A stretch of DNA of 64,000 nucleotides from Lama guanicoe. Its lineage: Eukaryota. Below, piece by piece: positions 13,330 to 26,308 of the stretch. How positions within the stretch are numbered: the stretch's first letter is position 1; every line of letters starts with the position of its first letter. The notes below the pieces were generated by a model. That model had not been told where the DNA came from. It was given only the letters and a program-made list of their open reading frames with translations, and searched no databases. Location: positions 434,001 through 498,000 of the forward strand of contig MU053559.1 in the NCBI GenBank assembly GCA_013239625.1, in the 5' to 3' direction. Position numbers and translations under genes: made by a program.

Positions 13330-14060
13330 TTCCGGCGTCTCGCGTGGACACCGGTCGGGTAACGGTCACCGGCGGCCAATTTTCCCGCGCGCGGGCACGG
13401 CCTCCCCGACAAGCCCCCGCGCGTGCGCGCGCCGACCGGTCGCGATCTGCGGCGCGCGCCCCCCTCCCGCGTCCCCACCTGGCCCCGTGCCCGCCGCGTT
13501 CCGAGGCACGCGCCCCCTCCCCTCAGCCCCGCCCAGCCCCGCGCACCAGGCCCGCGCGCCCAGAGCCCCAGCATTTCGGCGCTGAGCTTCCGGCTCCCGG
13601 CCCCGTGGCCTCGGACGCCGGGGCTCCGAGCCCGCGACGCCACCCCTCCAGCCCACCCGGCCTGGCCAGCGGGCCCGCGTCGCTGCCGCCACTGCTTCAC
13701 CTTTTAAATTTTCCGCCATCTTTCCCCACGGCTAACGACATTCGGGCCTAACCGGCCTCGCGAGAAGAGAGCTCGCGCGGGCGTGGCCGAGAACGCGCAG
13801 CCTATTGGCCGTGCTGCGCCGCGAGCAGCGCCCGCGCGGACCAACCGGTGAGCCGTGACCGGACCCCTCCCCGCCACCCGGCTCGGTCCCGAAGGCGGGT
13901 GCTCGCCGGCGCTTTCCCAGAGTGCGTCTGGGCGGCGGCGGCGGCGGCGGCTGAGGTTGCCCGAGGCCCTGCCCGTACGCCGGTCTGTCTGTCACGCTGT
14001 CAGCCAATCACGTTGTCAGCCAGCCTTACGGGGGGATTCTTCGTCCTGTCAGACCCCCAA
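13330..14060 (-). promoter_or_regulatory. SUV39H1: SUV39H1 CpG-island promoter
   Basis: Very high CpG density; CCAAT boxes (13804-13808, ~14004); YY1 motif over the ATG (13713-13722); CTCGCGAGA at 13757-13765; E2F-like TTTCCCGC at ~13382; (GGC)7 at 13931-13951. Confidence 0.9.
13701..13719 (-). CDS. SUV39H1: SUV39H1 coding exon 1 (MAENLK+G)
   Basis: ATG at 13719 in AAGATGGCGG context, 19 nt, followed by donor GTGAAG; matches the SUV39H1 N-terminus. Confidence 0.97.
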
Positions 14061-16740
14061 TTACCGCCGTCAGTCAGTCCGTCACCACATTTTAACCCCA
14101 AGCAGGCCATGACTCCCCAGGTGGACTACCGCCACCTGCAGCTGCTCAAGCAGTCACCCGACACAAATCAGACAATGGGTGACTCACCACGACCACTGTC
14201 TAGTCAGACCCCCGCCCCCCATTCACTCTGTCAGTCAATGGCAGCATCCATTCGTGCCCTCGGGCCAGCTGCAAGGCCCTCCAGGCAGACATACGACGCT
14301 GACAACAGCTACACTGCTCGTCAGTCAGCCTGTCATTCCCTTAGACTGTCCCTTCATCACACCGTCAATTGGTCCAGCAGCCGGGCTCTCCATCTACTCT
14401 GGCCCTGGGAGCAGCTCTGAATCCCCGGGGAGGGGGTGGGAATCATCTTACCACCGCCCAGGAAGCCTTAGCAACCAGCCGTGCCCTCGGGCAGGCTGTG
14501 ATTATGTCAGGACAGGCTGTCATTGTCAGCATCTAATGTAGCACTATTGTGGAGCAGTCTCGCCCTCCACTGTCAGTTGGTCACTCTGTAATTCCCCCAG
14601 GTTCCTCCTCACTCACACCGTGATCAGGCAGTTATTCCCTTGGAGCACAGAGTCACAGCAGCTAAAGCCTCCAGGCCACCTGTCAGTGGTCAGCAGTCTG
14701 TCATTTCTCAGGCAAGGCATGCTCCCTCATTGGTTGGTTAGTCAGCATCCTCTGACCCATGGGCCCCTCTGGGCGGCTGTGATTCTAACCATGGCCATCG
14801 GGTCAGGCAGCTACCCTGATCTTTCAGTGGGCCAGCCGTCCTGTGACACATTCAGTCGGCCCCTCATAGTATCAGTCAGCCAGGTAGCCATTCTCAGCAT
14901 CCGACTGACCGCATGGTCTGTCAAGCATGCTATGATTTGGTCAGGGCAGTCAGCCACCAGATACAGTTGCCTATCAGGCGGACAGAGATCTGTCCATCAG
15001 TCAGCCTGAAATTCCCTCGGGGTAGCTCTCCTTTACACATCACCATACAATGTGACATCCAGACACCCCCTCAGGCCGGGTGTAATTCCTAGCATTAGTC
15101 ATCCACAGCATCCCGCCACCCAGGCAGGCAGCCACAGCATGGGTCATCAGTCAGCCCGCCCATAAGTCCCTCAGGAAGCTGCCTGTCTTCTGCACTGTCA
15201 GGCCACCGCCCCCAGCCAGTCCCAGGCGGGCTGTAATTCAGTTAGATGTGCAGCAGGAAACCACATTGTCAGTTCCTCAAATTGCCCCTCTCCCTGTCGG
15301 TCCATGAGTTATGTAGTCAACCAAACGGTTATACAGTTAACCAAACGGTTATTCGGTGCCTGCCAGTCCAGCTGTGAGCCGGGTGGAGAAATGGTCAATC
15401 AGACTGAGGTTCCATTAGCCCCTTCTTACCATGAGTGGAACAGTTAACATTGGATTCCCCTTCCCTCCCTTATTCTCGACCAGAATCAGATGCTGGTCCT
15501 TATATGCCCCCAGTCTCCCTGGGCAGCGGGGGACTCTCCCACTCCCAGGAGTCCAGGAGGCCTGTCCAGCTCACAAAAGGGGTTTAAGGCATGACCACTT
15601 TCTGCTTGAATCTGGGGAAGATGTAGGGGTTTACGGATATTGGGGAGCATCCTTTGGCCCTCCCCAGACAATATAATGCAGTAGGTAAAGGCATGGATTC
15701 TGGAGCCCAAACACCTGGGTTCAATCCCAGCTCTACTGTTTACTAAAGGGTGGGACCTTTGGCAGTTTCTAAATCTGTAAAACCTCAGATGAGTGATCTT
15801 GGGGTGGGCATCTCCTGCTCACCTGGAAAATGAATCTTTCTGGAGTAGCACATTTTCAGGAGGTCTGAAAGTAAGAGGCTACCCTGTTGTTACTGTGTCC
15901 TACTCCCAGCCACACATCTGTTCATTCAGCATTAGTTTAATGTCTACTGTGTATACTTGCCCAGTGTTGGAGCCAATACAAGGTTTAATCCATTCCAAAC
16001 TGCACAAGTTGGACTTGTTTTTTTAATGTAAACCTCATAGTGGAGTATACCACACATACAAAAACAAACACAAAAAAGCACACAGACAATGCATGACCTG
16101 TGTAAGGAGATTTTACAAATGAACATAAACGTGGAATCAGAAGTCAGGTTAAGAAACAACATCACCAGGGCTCCAGAAGCATTTAATTTTCTAATATCTC
16201 TGAAATGAGGCTGCATCTTACAGGTGCTGGTGGGTTGTAACTTCATTGGCAGTACTTTTTCAGCTTTTTTAGCGATACATAAAATTTTAACGATCCGTTT
16301 TATAATCAGTGGTGACTCAGGATCAGCAACACCCAAAGGATAACGATAGTAATGACAGCAGCAGCAGCATCTGATGCTTATAGATGCTGACAAGGAGCCA
16401 GGAACTTTGCAGACACTATCTACATTCATTCTTGCCACAACCACCTGAAGTAAGCATTTTTACCTTCATTTTAAAGACAGCAGTAACGGAGGCCCAGAGA
16501 GGTCAAGCAACTTGCCCACAGTCAACTCTTTGACCCCAGGTCTGTGCCTGCTCTAGCAGGTTCTCCGGGGGATTCAGAGGTTGTGTTATGTAAGGTCCTT
16601 CCCAGGGCAAAGCCCACCGAAGGGTGAAGGGGTTACTGGCGGGGAAAGGGGAAGTGATATGACAGGACCTTCCTAGACTCAGTGCTCACCCACGGGACCT
16701 GACCAGGGTGGGGTGGGGAGTGGAGTAGGGAGTGAAGGAT

Positions 16741-17573
16741 AATGAAAGAAGTTAGCAAGGTAGCAGGATATTAGATTAACATACAGAAATCTGTTGCATT
16801 TCTTTACACTAACAATGAAATATCAGAAAAAGAAAGTAAAGAAACAATCCCTTTTAAAGTTGCATCCAAAAAAATAAAATACTTAGGAGTAAACCTGACC
16901 AAGGAGGTGAAAGACTTATACGCAGAGAACTATAAAACACTGATTAACGAAATTACAAATGATTTAAGGAAATGGAAAGATATCCCAGGCTCTTGGATTG
17001 GAAGAATTAATTAAAATGGCCATACTGCCCAAAGCAATCTACAGATTTAATGGGATCCCTATCAAATTACCCAGGACATTTTTCATAGAACTATAACAAA
17101 TAATTCTAAAATTTATGTGAAATCACAAAAGACTCAGAATAGCCAAAGCATTACTAAAGAGAAAGAAAGAGGCTGGAGGAATAACTCTCCCAGACTTCAG
17201 ACAATACTACAGACCTGCAGTAATCAAAACAGCCTGGTATTGGCACAAAAACAGACATATGGATCAATGGCTCAGAATAGAGAGCCCAGAAATAAATCCA
17301 CACACTTATGGTCAATTAATCTTCGACAAAGGAGGCAAGAATATACAATGGAGAAAAGAATATACAATGGATGAAAGAATATACAATGGAGAAAATATAC
17401 AATCTCTTCAGCAAGTGGCATTGGGAAAACTGGACAGCCAAACATAAATCAATGAAGTTAGAATAGTCCCTCACACCATACACAAAAATAAACTCAAAAT
17501 GGTTTAAAGACTTAAACATAAGACAATACGTTATAAACCTCCTAGAAGAAAACATAGGCAAAACATTCTCTGA
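16741..17573 (+). mobile_element. Internal L1 ORF2 fragment between WAS and SUV39H1
   Basis: ORF 17259..17447 [30 protein letters not shown]; typical L1 ORF2 DNA; no poly(A). Confidence 0.92.
17337..17403. repeat. 19-bp tandem repeat inside the L1 fragment
   Basis: aagaatatacaatggagaa, about 3.5 copies. Confidence 0.85.
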
Positions 17574-18579
17574 ATGGGAAGGGTAGGCACCTCTATTGTA
17601 GGCTTTGATGTAGAAGTTTCTAATGACTCCCTTGGAAACAGCTTTCAACACCAGGGAATAGTTTTGAGTTGTTCCTTCTTTTCCTGGAGAGCAAGTTCTA
17701 GAGGGAGCCAGTGACCCAGTGGGATCCCAGGTTGAAATAAGTTATATATTGTTGCCTCTATAGTATAGATGAGGAAACTGAGGCTCAGAGGTGAAGCATC
17801 TTGTCCAGGTTCTAGAGCAGATCTATCTGATTATTAAGTCTTTGCCCCTTCCATTGCCATTGTCCAGGACTTGGTTTACACTGGGAACTGGGCAGAACCA
17901 AATTTTAAAATGGAGAGTGGGGAAGTCTGACCATTGAGTACTCTCCTGACCTAATATTGTGTTGACTGAACGTTTTCTTAAAAAAGATAAGTGAATGAAC
18001 AAATAACTCTCTCACTCATTCACCACGCTCAGCCTCACATCAACCTTTTTCCCACCTCAGGGCCTTTGCACTGGATGTTCCCACTGCCTGGAATGCCATT
18101 TCCTCAATTATTCGCACTGTTGCTTCCTCTTGCTTTAGGTCCAGCGTAACTCTCAGTCGGCTTTCCCTGAATGCTCCGTCTTAATGTTGCTTCCCCTTAG
18201 CACATCATAGCACTTATCATGATCTATAACTATCTTTTGTTTCTATTTAATTCCTTGTTTCTTGTCTGTCTCCTCCCCTAGAACGTCGGCTTCACAAGAG
18301 CAAGAATTTTTGTTGTTTTTTTCCCCCTACTGTTTTCTCCCCAGCCCTTAAAGTAGTGCCTGGCAATAAGTATTTGTGGAAAGAAAGAAGGGCAGAAGGA
18401 GACAAAGAAGTACAGGCTAAATGACCGAGGGAACAAATGAATGAACGAATGGATACATACAGGGTTAAATTCATGAAATGGGATAAATGAATAAAAGAGA
18501 CTTTGGGGGAAAAGGACCCCAAATTCCCACATTGGGAATATGAATGAACTAAGGTTTAGAGAAACAAAAAGACAGTTAT

Positions 18580-18585
18580 TTTATT
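18580..18585 (-). terminator. WAS: WAS polyadenylation signal AATAAA
   Basis: tttatt on + strand about 220 nt after the stop; U-rich tract downstream on the mRNA strand. Confidence 0.85.
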
Positions 18586-18802
18586 TTTGTTTAAACCATC
18601 CTTGAGTGAGATGAACTGAGAAGTTTTGTATAAAAAGGGCCCTGGCTATTGCAAGGGCCAGTGTAGGGGGTCCAGTCAGAGATAACAGCACTGGAGGGGT
18701 TGGTGGGAGAGAAAAGGAACCTGGGGGCCTGGAAGCTGAGAGTGGGGGTGGCGGGCAGAGCTGCAGGGGGAGCAAGGGCAGAAGGGTTGGGGTGGGGATG
18801 AC

Positions 18803-18858
18803 TCAGTCGTCCCATTCATCATCATCATCATCATCGCCGGCCTGGTCCTCCCCTTCGT
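18803..18858 (-). CDS. WAS: WAS exon 12 (acidic domain DEGEDQAGDDDDDDEWDD*)
   Basis: CAG acceptor, TGA at 18805-18803; exon total 1512 nt = 503 aa + stop. Confidence 0.97.
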
Positions 18859-19296
18859 CTGGAGGGAGAGAGAAAGAGTGAAACTCAGGATGGGCAGGAG
18901 GGTTCAAAAGCCCTGGGGACGAGGGTTACTTGGGTCTGGGAGGTTGGGACTCAGGGCTGTGGGGGGCTGAGATCTCCTGCTTGGAAATTAGATCCAGGGC
19001 CTGTGTCTTGGATGAGGAAGGGGCCCCCTCAGAGGAGGGAGGGTTAGGGACAAGACAGTAATTACAGCTGGAGTCTGGGCTCTAGTTGAAGTTAACATTG
19101 TGAAAAATGTGTAGTTAGTTGGGATATTATTATCACACAGAGGGTTAACATTAACAGGCTTGTCACTCAATGGGGTGGATTTAAATATTAGCAAAGGTGC
19201 AGTAAATTACAATATTATTGTTTCACAGCAGGTTAATGTTAACATTGTTGACACATAATGGGGTTAATTACAATATGGTCAAAAGATGAGGTTTGT

Positions 19297-19421
19297 AGAA
19301 GGGAGGGTATAGCTCAGTGGTAGAGCTCATGCTTAGCATGGACAAGGTCCTGGGTTCGATCCCCAGTACCTCCATAAATAAATAAATACAACTAAATACC
19401 TCCCCTCTCCAAAAACAAACA
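19297..19421 (+). mobile_element. tRNA-Ala-derived SINE (Vic-1-like) in WAS intron 11
   Basis: gggagggtatagctcagtggtagag...ggttcgatccccagtacctcca with A/B boxes; TSD aaa(a/c)gatgagg(t/c)ttgt. Confidence 0.9.
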
Positions 19422-19925
19422 AAACGATGAGGCTTGTTATAGTACTGTCATACACTGGATTCATGTTAATCCAGTGGACAGACTCTGGAGTTGATGTTAG
19501 TATTATCAAAGTTGGAGTTAATTATATTATTGTCACATAATAGGTTGAGGTTAATATTACCCTCACATACTTGTTATACAATGACAATATTGTTGACACA
19601 TTAGGGGATGGATGTTCACATTATTGTAAAAAGACTGGGTTAATTATAATATTATCATATCATGAGCTAATGTTAATCTGTTGACATACAGAGTTAGAGT
19701 TAATATTACTGTCAAAGATGGAGTTCTATGTAATATTATGACCACATAGTGGGCTAATGTTAATACTACTGAACATACAGGATTCATGCTAATATAGTGG
19801 CCATACCTTGGCATTTGTGTTAGTATTACTGTCAAAGATAGAGTGAATCATGTTACTGTTACATAATGACAATGTTAACATTGTCAAAAAAGACTGATAC
19901 AAGATTATACAAGTTAATACTGTCA

Positions 19926-20210
<285 letters not shown>

Positions 20211-20428
20211 TCAGGGTCTATGAGAGGAGCACCTCTCCCATCCCTCTGTCATTATTTCTCCTCCCACACACTCCAGTCCCCTTTAAGGCTCCAAACCCAC
20301 CTCTCCCAACCAACCTTCCAATCCTATCACCGAACCTCCAAATCCTAGGACCTCCATCAGTCTCGGCCCCGGCCCCCTAATATCCTGATTTGCCCAGACC
20401 CCCAGTCCTCCATCACGCCAGTCCTCAC

Positions 20429-20835
20429 CTTGTTCAGCTGAATTCCCTGCCGGATTTGATCCAAAAGCGCCCCCCGACCTCCACCAGGGGCTGGGCCTCC
20501 AACAAACGCCAGAGCAGGAGGGGGTGGAGGAGGGACTGACCCGTCCCCAGAGCTAGGTGGTGGTGGTGGTGGCGGTGGTGGCGGAGGCAGGAGCGGGCCC
20601 CCAGCTCCAGCAGGTGGAGGGGGCAGGGGTGCAGAGCGTCCAGTGGCTGGAGGGGGTGGTGGCGGAGGGCCCCCTCGGCCTGGGGGTGGGGGTCCCCGGG
20701 GAGTTGGTGGGGGCGGAGCACCTCCTGAAGGTACAGGGGGTAGTGGGCCACAGCGACCCTTGTTACCCCCACCAATAGGGGGCCGGAGGTGCTGGTTCCC
20801 TCCTCGGGATGGCGGCGGGGGTGGTGGAAGTGGAT
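20429..20835 (-). CDS. WAS: WAS exon 10 (polyproline region and WH2 [17 protein letters not shown])
   Basis: ORF 20357..20866; CAG/GTGAGG; 407 nt. Confidence 0.97.
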
Positions 20836-21038
20836 CTGAGGGGGAAAAATAACACAGAGCTCTCATTAAGATTTTCTTTGGAACCTCAGCTTTGCTTCTT
20901 TGTAAAATGGGTACCCCAACCGACCAATTCCCGATTCAAGCCATATAAGGGTTTCTATGAGGACTGAGTGATGGCAATGTATCTCTCAGAAATCAGCTGC
21001 CAGGTTGGAGAAGAAGGGGGTGTCCGGCAGGGGCTCAC

Positions 21039-21192
21039 CTTGGCGCCTCATCTCCTTCCGTACAGCTTCCAGCCCGCCCTGGTTCTCGATGAACTCATAG
21101 ATAAACTTGGAAGTCTCAGCGTCGGTGAGTTGGGCCTCACTGATTCCTGCCCTGGAGAACAGGTTCCGCAGATCCGGGTCCAGGTTGTTCAC
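21039..21192 (-). CDS. WAS: WAS exon 9 ([11 protein letters not shown]...[10 protein letters not shown]...RRQ)
   Basis: ORF 20986..21276; CAG/GTGAGC; 154 nt; regulatory Tyr present. Confidence 0.97.
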
Positions 21193-21397
21193 CTGGCCAG
21201 GAGGAAAAAAGCCGGAGCAGGGGTGGAGGAATAAGGCGGGGGTCAGGGGAGGAGCACAGATGACCATAGGGCCCACCCCAGAGAGGGATCTGAGAGGGGT
21301 GTGGGCAGGGTGGGGTGTCGGGGTAGGTCTGGAGCAGTGGACTATGGAAGGGTAGGTGGGGGTTAAGTGGGGTCCAGAAGACTCTGGAGTTACTCAC

Positions 21398-21440
21398 GTC
21401 ATATCCATTCTGAGGGTCCCACCCCACGTGGCTGACATGT
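21398..21440 (-). CDS. WAS: WAS exon 8 (CRIB, HVSHVGWDPQNGYD)
   Basis: ORF 21137..21475; CAG/GTGAGT; 43 nt. Confidence 0.96.
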
Positions 21441-21971
21441 CTGGGGGAGGTGAAGAGATGCCATTGAAGCCCCACTGCTTTTCCTTCCCTCCCTTCCTAG
21501 TGAAGCCCTCTTGCCCTCTCCCATGCAGAGGGACTCTGAGGGGCCAGAATTAATGAATGAGTCATAAGTGAAGGAATGAGTGAGAGCAATAGTTATGGAA
21601 TTAGAAGGGGTCCATAGGCTGTGGTGCCCACCTGTCTGGCCATCCGTCTTTCCACCATCCATCCACCCATCTGTGTGTCCACACTCACATTCACCTCTCA
21701 GACCACTGATCTATATCCATTTATCTCTCCACACACATCTATTTATCCATTGTCCACTGATCTGTCCTCACATACACTTGTCCATCCACCCACCCATCTA
21801 CCCATGGGTCCATCTTTCCATCCATTGACTCACTTGACTGCCCATTCAACCACACTCCTGTCCATTCATCCAGTGAACTGTCCACATATCTGGCTGCCTA
21901 TCCATCCCCATCCACATTTTCTGTTAACCAGCCTGTATATCCATCTGTCCACATATCACCCACCCACCCAC

Positions 21972-22003
21972 NNNNNNNNNNNNNNNNNNNNNNNNNNNNN
22001 NNN
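21972..22003. other. Assembly gap (32 N)
   Basis: Run of n inside the (CCAC)n tract. Confidence 1.
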
Positions 22004-22127
22004 CCACCCACCCATTCATCTAAATACCCATTTCCCCTTTACTCATCCATTCAGTCTCCAACCCACCCATTCATTCATTCATCCAGCTATGCATCTACCC
22101 ACCCATCCATTCATTCACCAGTCCACC

Positions 22128-22291
22128 CAGGGTGGGACTAGGTTGAGGTGAGAGAGGCACCTAAGGAGCAAAATTTAAGGAGGCACTCCCTCTAGGAATC
22201 ATGAATTGTAGCTACATGACTGGGAGAGGGACTGCCTCTGTAAAGTTTGCAACCCTGGTGCCTTTGGTGCCCCTCCCTAGTCCCAGCCTTG
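22128..22291. mobile_element. Palindromic MITE (MER96-like, hAT) in WAS intron 7
   Basis: Terminal inverted repeats cagggtgggactagg / cctagtcccagccttg; internal arms also complementary. Confidence 0.8.
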
Positions 22292-22444
22292 CACCCACCC
22301 ACCCATCCACTCATCTACCTATTCCCCCACTCACCTACCCATCCATTTTCCCATCCTTCCATCCACTCAGTTCTCCTCCCATTCACCTGCTGGTCTGCCC
22401 CCCGACCCCAGGGATCCGTGGGCCCACTGGGGAGAGGTTCTCAC

Positions 22445-22622
22445 TTGAATCCACTGGGTGCACCGATATCAGCTTTGCTGATCTTTTTCTTCCCTGAGCG
22501 TTTCTTATCACCTGGAGGAGGCCCAGGTACTGTTGGGAGCCCACGGTATCGTGAGTTTGTGATGTCTGGGTTCTGGATGTCCACTGCCGCCAGCCCCAGG
22601 GACAGTGAGCCGGCTGCTGGGC
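22445..22622 (-). CDS. WAS: WAS exon 7 (basic region and start of CRIB, ...[16 protein letters not shown])
   Basis: ORF 22441..22659; CAG/GTGAGA; 178 nt. Confidence 0.96.
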
Positions 22623-23339
22623 CTGTGGGGAAAATAGGGTGACTGGGCCATTGACTCACTTACCTTTTGGTTGGCCAAAGCATAACAGCAAAAGATAGAA
22701 AGATGGTTGGGGGAATCTGTGTGTTTGATGGTCATGGAGGGAGTGTGTGAGGGGGCCAAGTAGGGTTTATGGAGAAGTGGGTGCATGGGTCCCACAAACC
22801 ATCCGTACATTCACTGATTCATTTATTTATTTATTTATTCACTCATGCTTATCACTTAAGTATTGACTCATTTATTCACTGGCTTGTTGACTACTTAATT
22901 TATTAAATTATTCATTTACTCATTCATTCAATCATTGCTTTCTTCACTGATTGAAATTTCATGTCACTTATTCATTTATTCACTGTTGAATTCATTCACT
23001 CACTCACTCATTCATTAATTTACTCAATCATCCATCCATCCATTTATCCACATACCCATCCATTCACCTATACATCTAGACACCCACCACCTAGGCATCT
23101 ATATACCTATCTATATTTTCATTCTTCCATCAGTTCATCCCCCTATTCAACCATTTATCCACCACCAATCCACCTGCCCACACATCCGTCCAACCACCCA
23201 TCCATCTACCTAGCCATTCACCCACTTATCTCTCCACCCACCTGCCTATTCATCCATCCTCCCAATCCCCACCTGCTTATCCATTCACTCTCCCACCCAC
23301 CCTGTCCACCCAGAGACACAGGGAAGAATCAGCACTCAC

Positions 23340-23393
23340 CCTCTTGGTCTCCACCTGGGTGCGGGGGCAGGGGCGGGAGCCCTCCTCTTCTCT
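23340..23393 (-). CDS. WAS: WAS exon 6 (ERRGGLPPLPPHPGGDQE)
   Basis: CAG/GTGAGT; 54 nt; keeps frame. Confidence 0.93.
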
Positions 23394-23483
23394 CTGGGAA
23401 GAAGGAATGGGTAGAGAGCTATCACAACCCTTCCACAGTCTTCTGGGCTAGCCCCTTCTCACTCCTTGTACTAGAGGACTCAC

Positions 23484-24117
<634 letters not shown>

Positions 24118-24958
24118 TCAGATACTTCAGTGAGAGGTTTGGATTTGGGGTTCAGGGCCCTAGATAGGGGACTTGGGGGCTTGAATTTGAGGATTTTGGA
24201 TTTTAGTCCTAGGAAACTGAGCCCATTCGTAGAATCCATCCCAAATCCCCCTCTTTATGGGGGCCTTCATTTGGGCAGGTAGGGCTCCAGTATTGGGAGC
24301 TGGGGTTGAAGTATGTGTGCAATTTGAGGTTTGTAAAGCAGAGTGAAGGCTTAGGAGTCCAGTCAATATTCAGTGGCTCTCGGATCTTGATGTGGTACTA
24401 CTGCGTCTATCTTTATGGCTTTAGAAGGATGAATTTCAGGTTTATGCCTGGAGAGTTTAGGTTGGGGATCTGTGGAACAGATTTTTGGTTTAGGAGCTAT
24501 CACAGTTATTTTGGTGTTCAGGAGTTTTCGTATAGGAATTCTGGGGTCCATGCTGCGGGCTTAAAAGGACAGATTTGGAGTTCAAAATTCAATGGGATAT
24601 TTAGGTCTGGGGTTTGCGGAACAGACTGATGACAGGAGTGAGGTAAAATTCTAGAGTTCAGGAGTTTTGATGGGGGATATCTGAGACCCAAAATGCTGAG
24701 TTTAGAACAGATTTGAGGCTCAGGTAAAAACATCGTGCTCATTCTTTTTTGGAGTTTGTGGAACAGATTAGACTTAGGAGGTATACTCATATTGGGGGTT
24801 ATAGATCCCCCAGACATGAATACTGGGTTCAGTCATCATAGACTTATTTAGAAAGACAAACCAGAGGTTGACATCCTGGATGAAGTCTTTAGTTCTGGGG
24901 CCCAGGTGTTCACTGATCTATCTGAGGGCTCAGGGCTGTGGACACAGATGTGAGTTTA

Positions 24959-25318
<360 letters not shown>

Positions 25319-25321
25319 CTA

Positions 25322-25666
<345 letters not shown>

Positions 25667-25689
25667 CTAGGCTCTGAGTGCAGGGTAAG

Positions 25690-25860
25690 AAGGGGAACTT
25701 CCGTAGTGAGCAGGGGAACAGGAAGTAGCAAAAAACCACAAGGGAAACAAGTCCTCTGGGGCCCCTCAGTGAGCCTGGCCTCCTCTTCCCTTAGATGGAG
25801 GCCTCCCTCCATTTGACCGATTAGACCTATCTTTTGCACCAGCTCCTGGCCTCCTCCTCC
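25690..25860 (-). promoter_or_regulatory. WAS: WAS proximal haematopoietic promoter (TATA-less, ETS and RUNX sites)
   Basis: ETS cores acttccg 25697-25703 and caggaagt 25719-25726; RUNX AACCACA 25734-25740; directly upstream of exon 1. Confidence 0.75.
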
Positions 25861-26245
25861 TTTCTCATTCTCTGTGGACCATCTTCCTCTGACTGGCTCA
25901 GACTCTCCTCCCTCTGGCTGGCTGGCGGCAAGGGCTCGGCCATTGCTGCACATCTGCAGGGCGCACTGCGGCAGGGGGCAGTCGTGGGGCTGGGCGGCCT
26001 TCCTCCCCAGTCAGTCTGGGCCCGAGGTCCAAGGCCCCGAGCGCTGAAGGGCCACTGCACTAAAGCTCTTCCTTCACTTACCCTGGGATCCCACCCCTCT
26101 CCTGAGATCCCAACAACTGGTACACACCCCGCTCAACTGCCCCATCCTTATCCCTGCCTCCTTGCAGCTCCCGAATGACCTCTAATAATCCACTTTTTGT
26201 AAGAAAGGAATTTTATAGCCTATATGAATGCCTAAACAACATCTT

Positions 26246-26301
26246 TTTTTTTAAATGGAAGTATAGTTGATTTACCATGTTGTGCTAGTGTCAGGTCTAT
26301 A
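26246..26301 (-). mobile_element. Very short L1 3'-terminal insertion upstream of WAS
   Basis: Poly(T) then aatggaagtatagttgattta...; TSD gcctaaac(a/g)acatctt 26230-26245 and 26302-26317. Confidence 0.75.
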
Positions 26302-26308
26302 GCCTAAA

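Larger units (their letters stand above)
21620..23310. repeat. Degenerate (CCAT/CCAC/TCAT)n tracts filling WAS introns 6 and 7
   Basis: Dense ccatccacccatc and cattcattc motifs on both sides of exon 7. Confidence 0.85.

Noticed and set aside
13182..14541. Long overlapping ORFs around the SUV39H1 promoter
   Set aside because: Expected from GC-rich, stop-poor CpG-island DNA; no recognisable protein apart from MAENLK
19301..19373. Apparent tRNA-Ala(AGC) genes (this and similar copies)
   Set aside because: Extra 5' bases, A-rich tails, TSDs, stem mismatches and high copy number show they are SINEs
20429..20835. Strong G-run and G-quadruplex signal
   Set aside because: Fully explained by the polyproline codons of WAS exon 10
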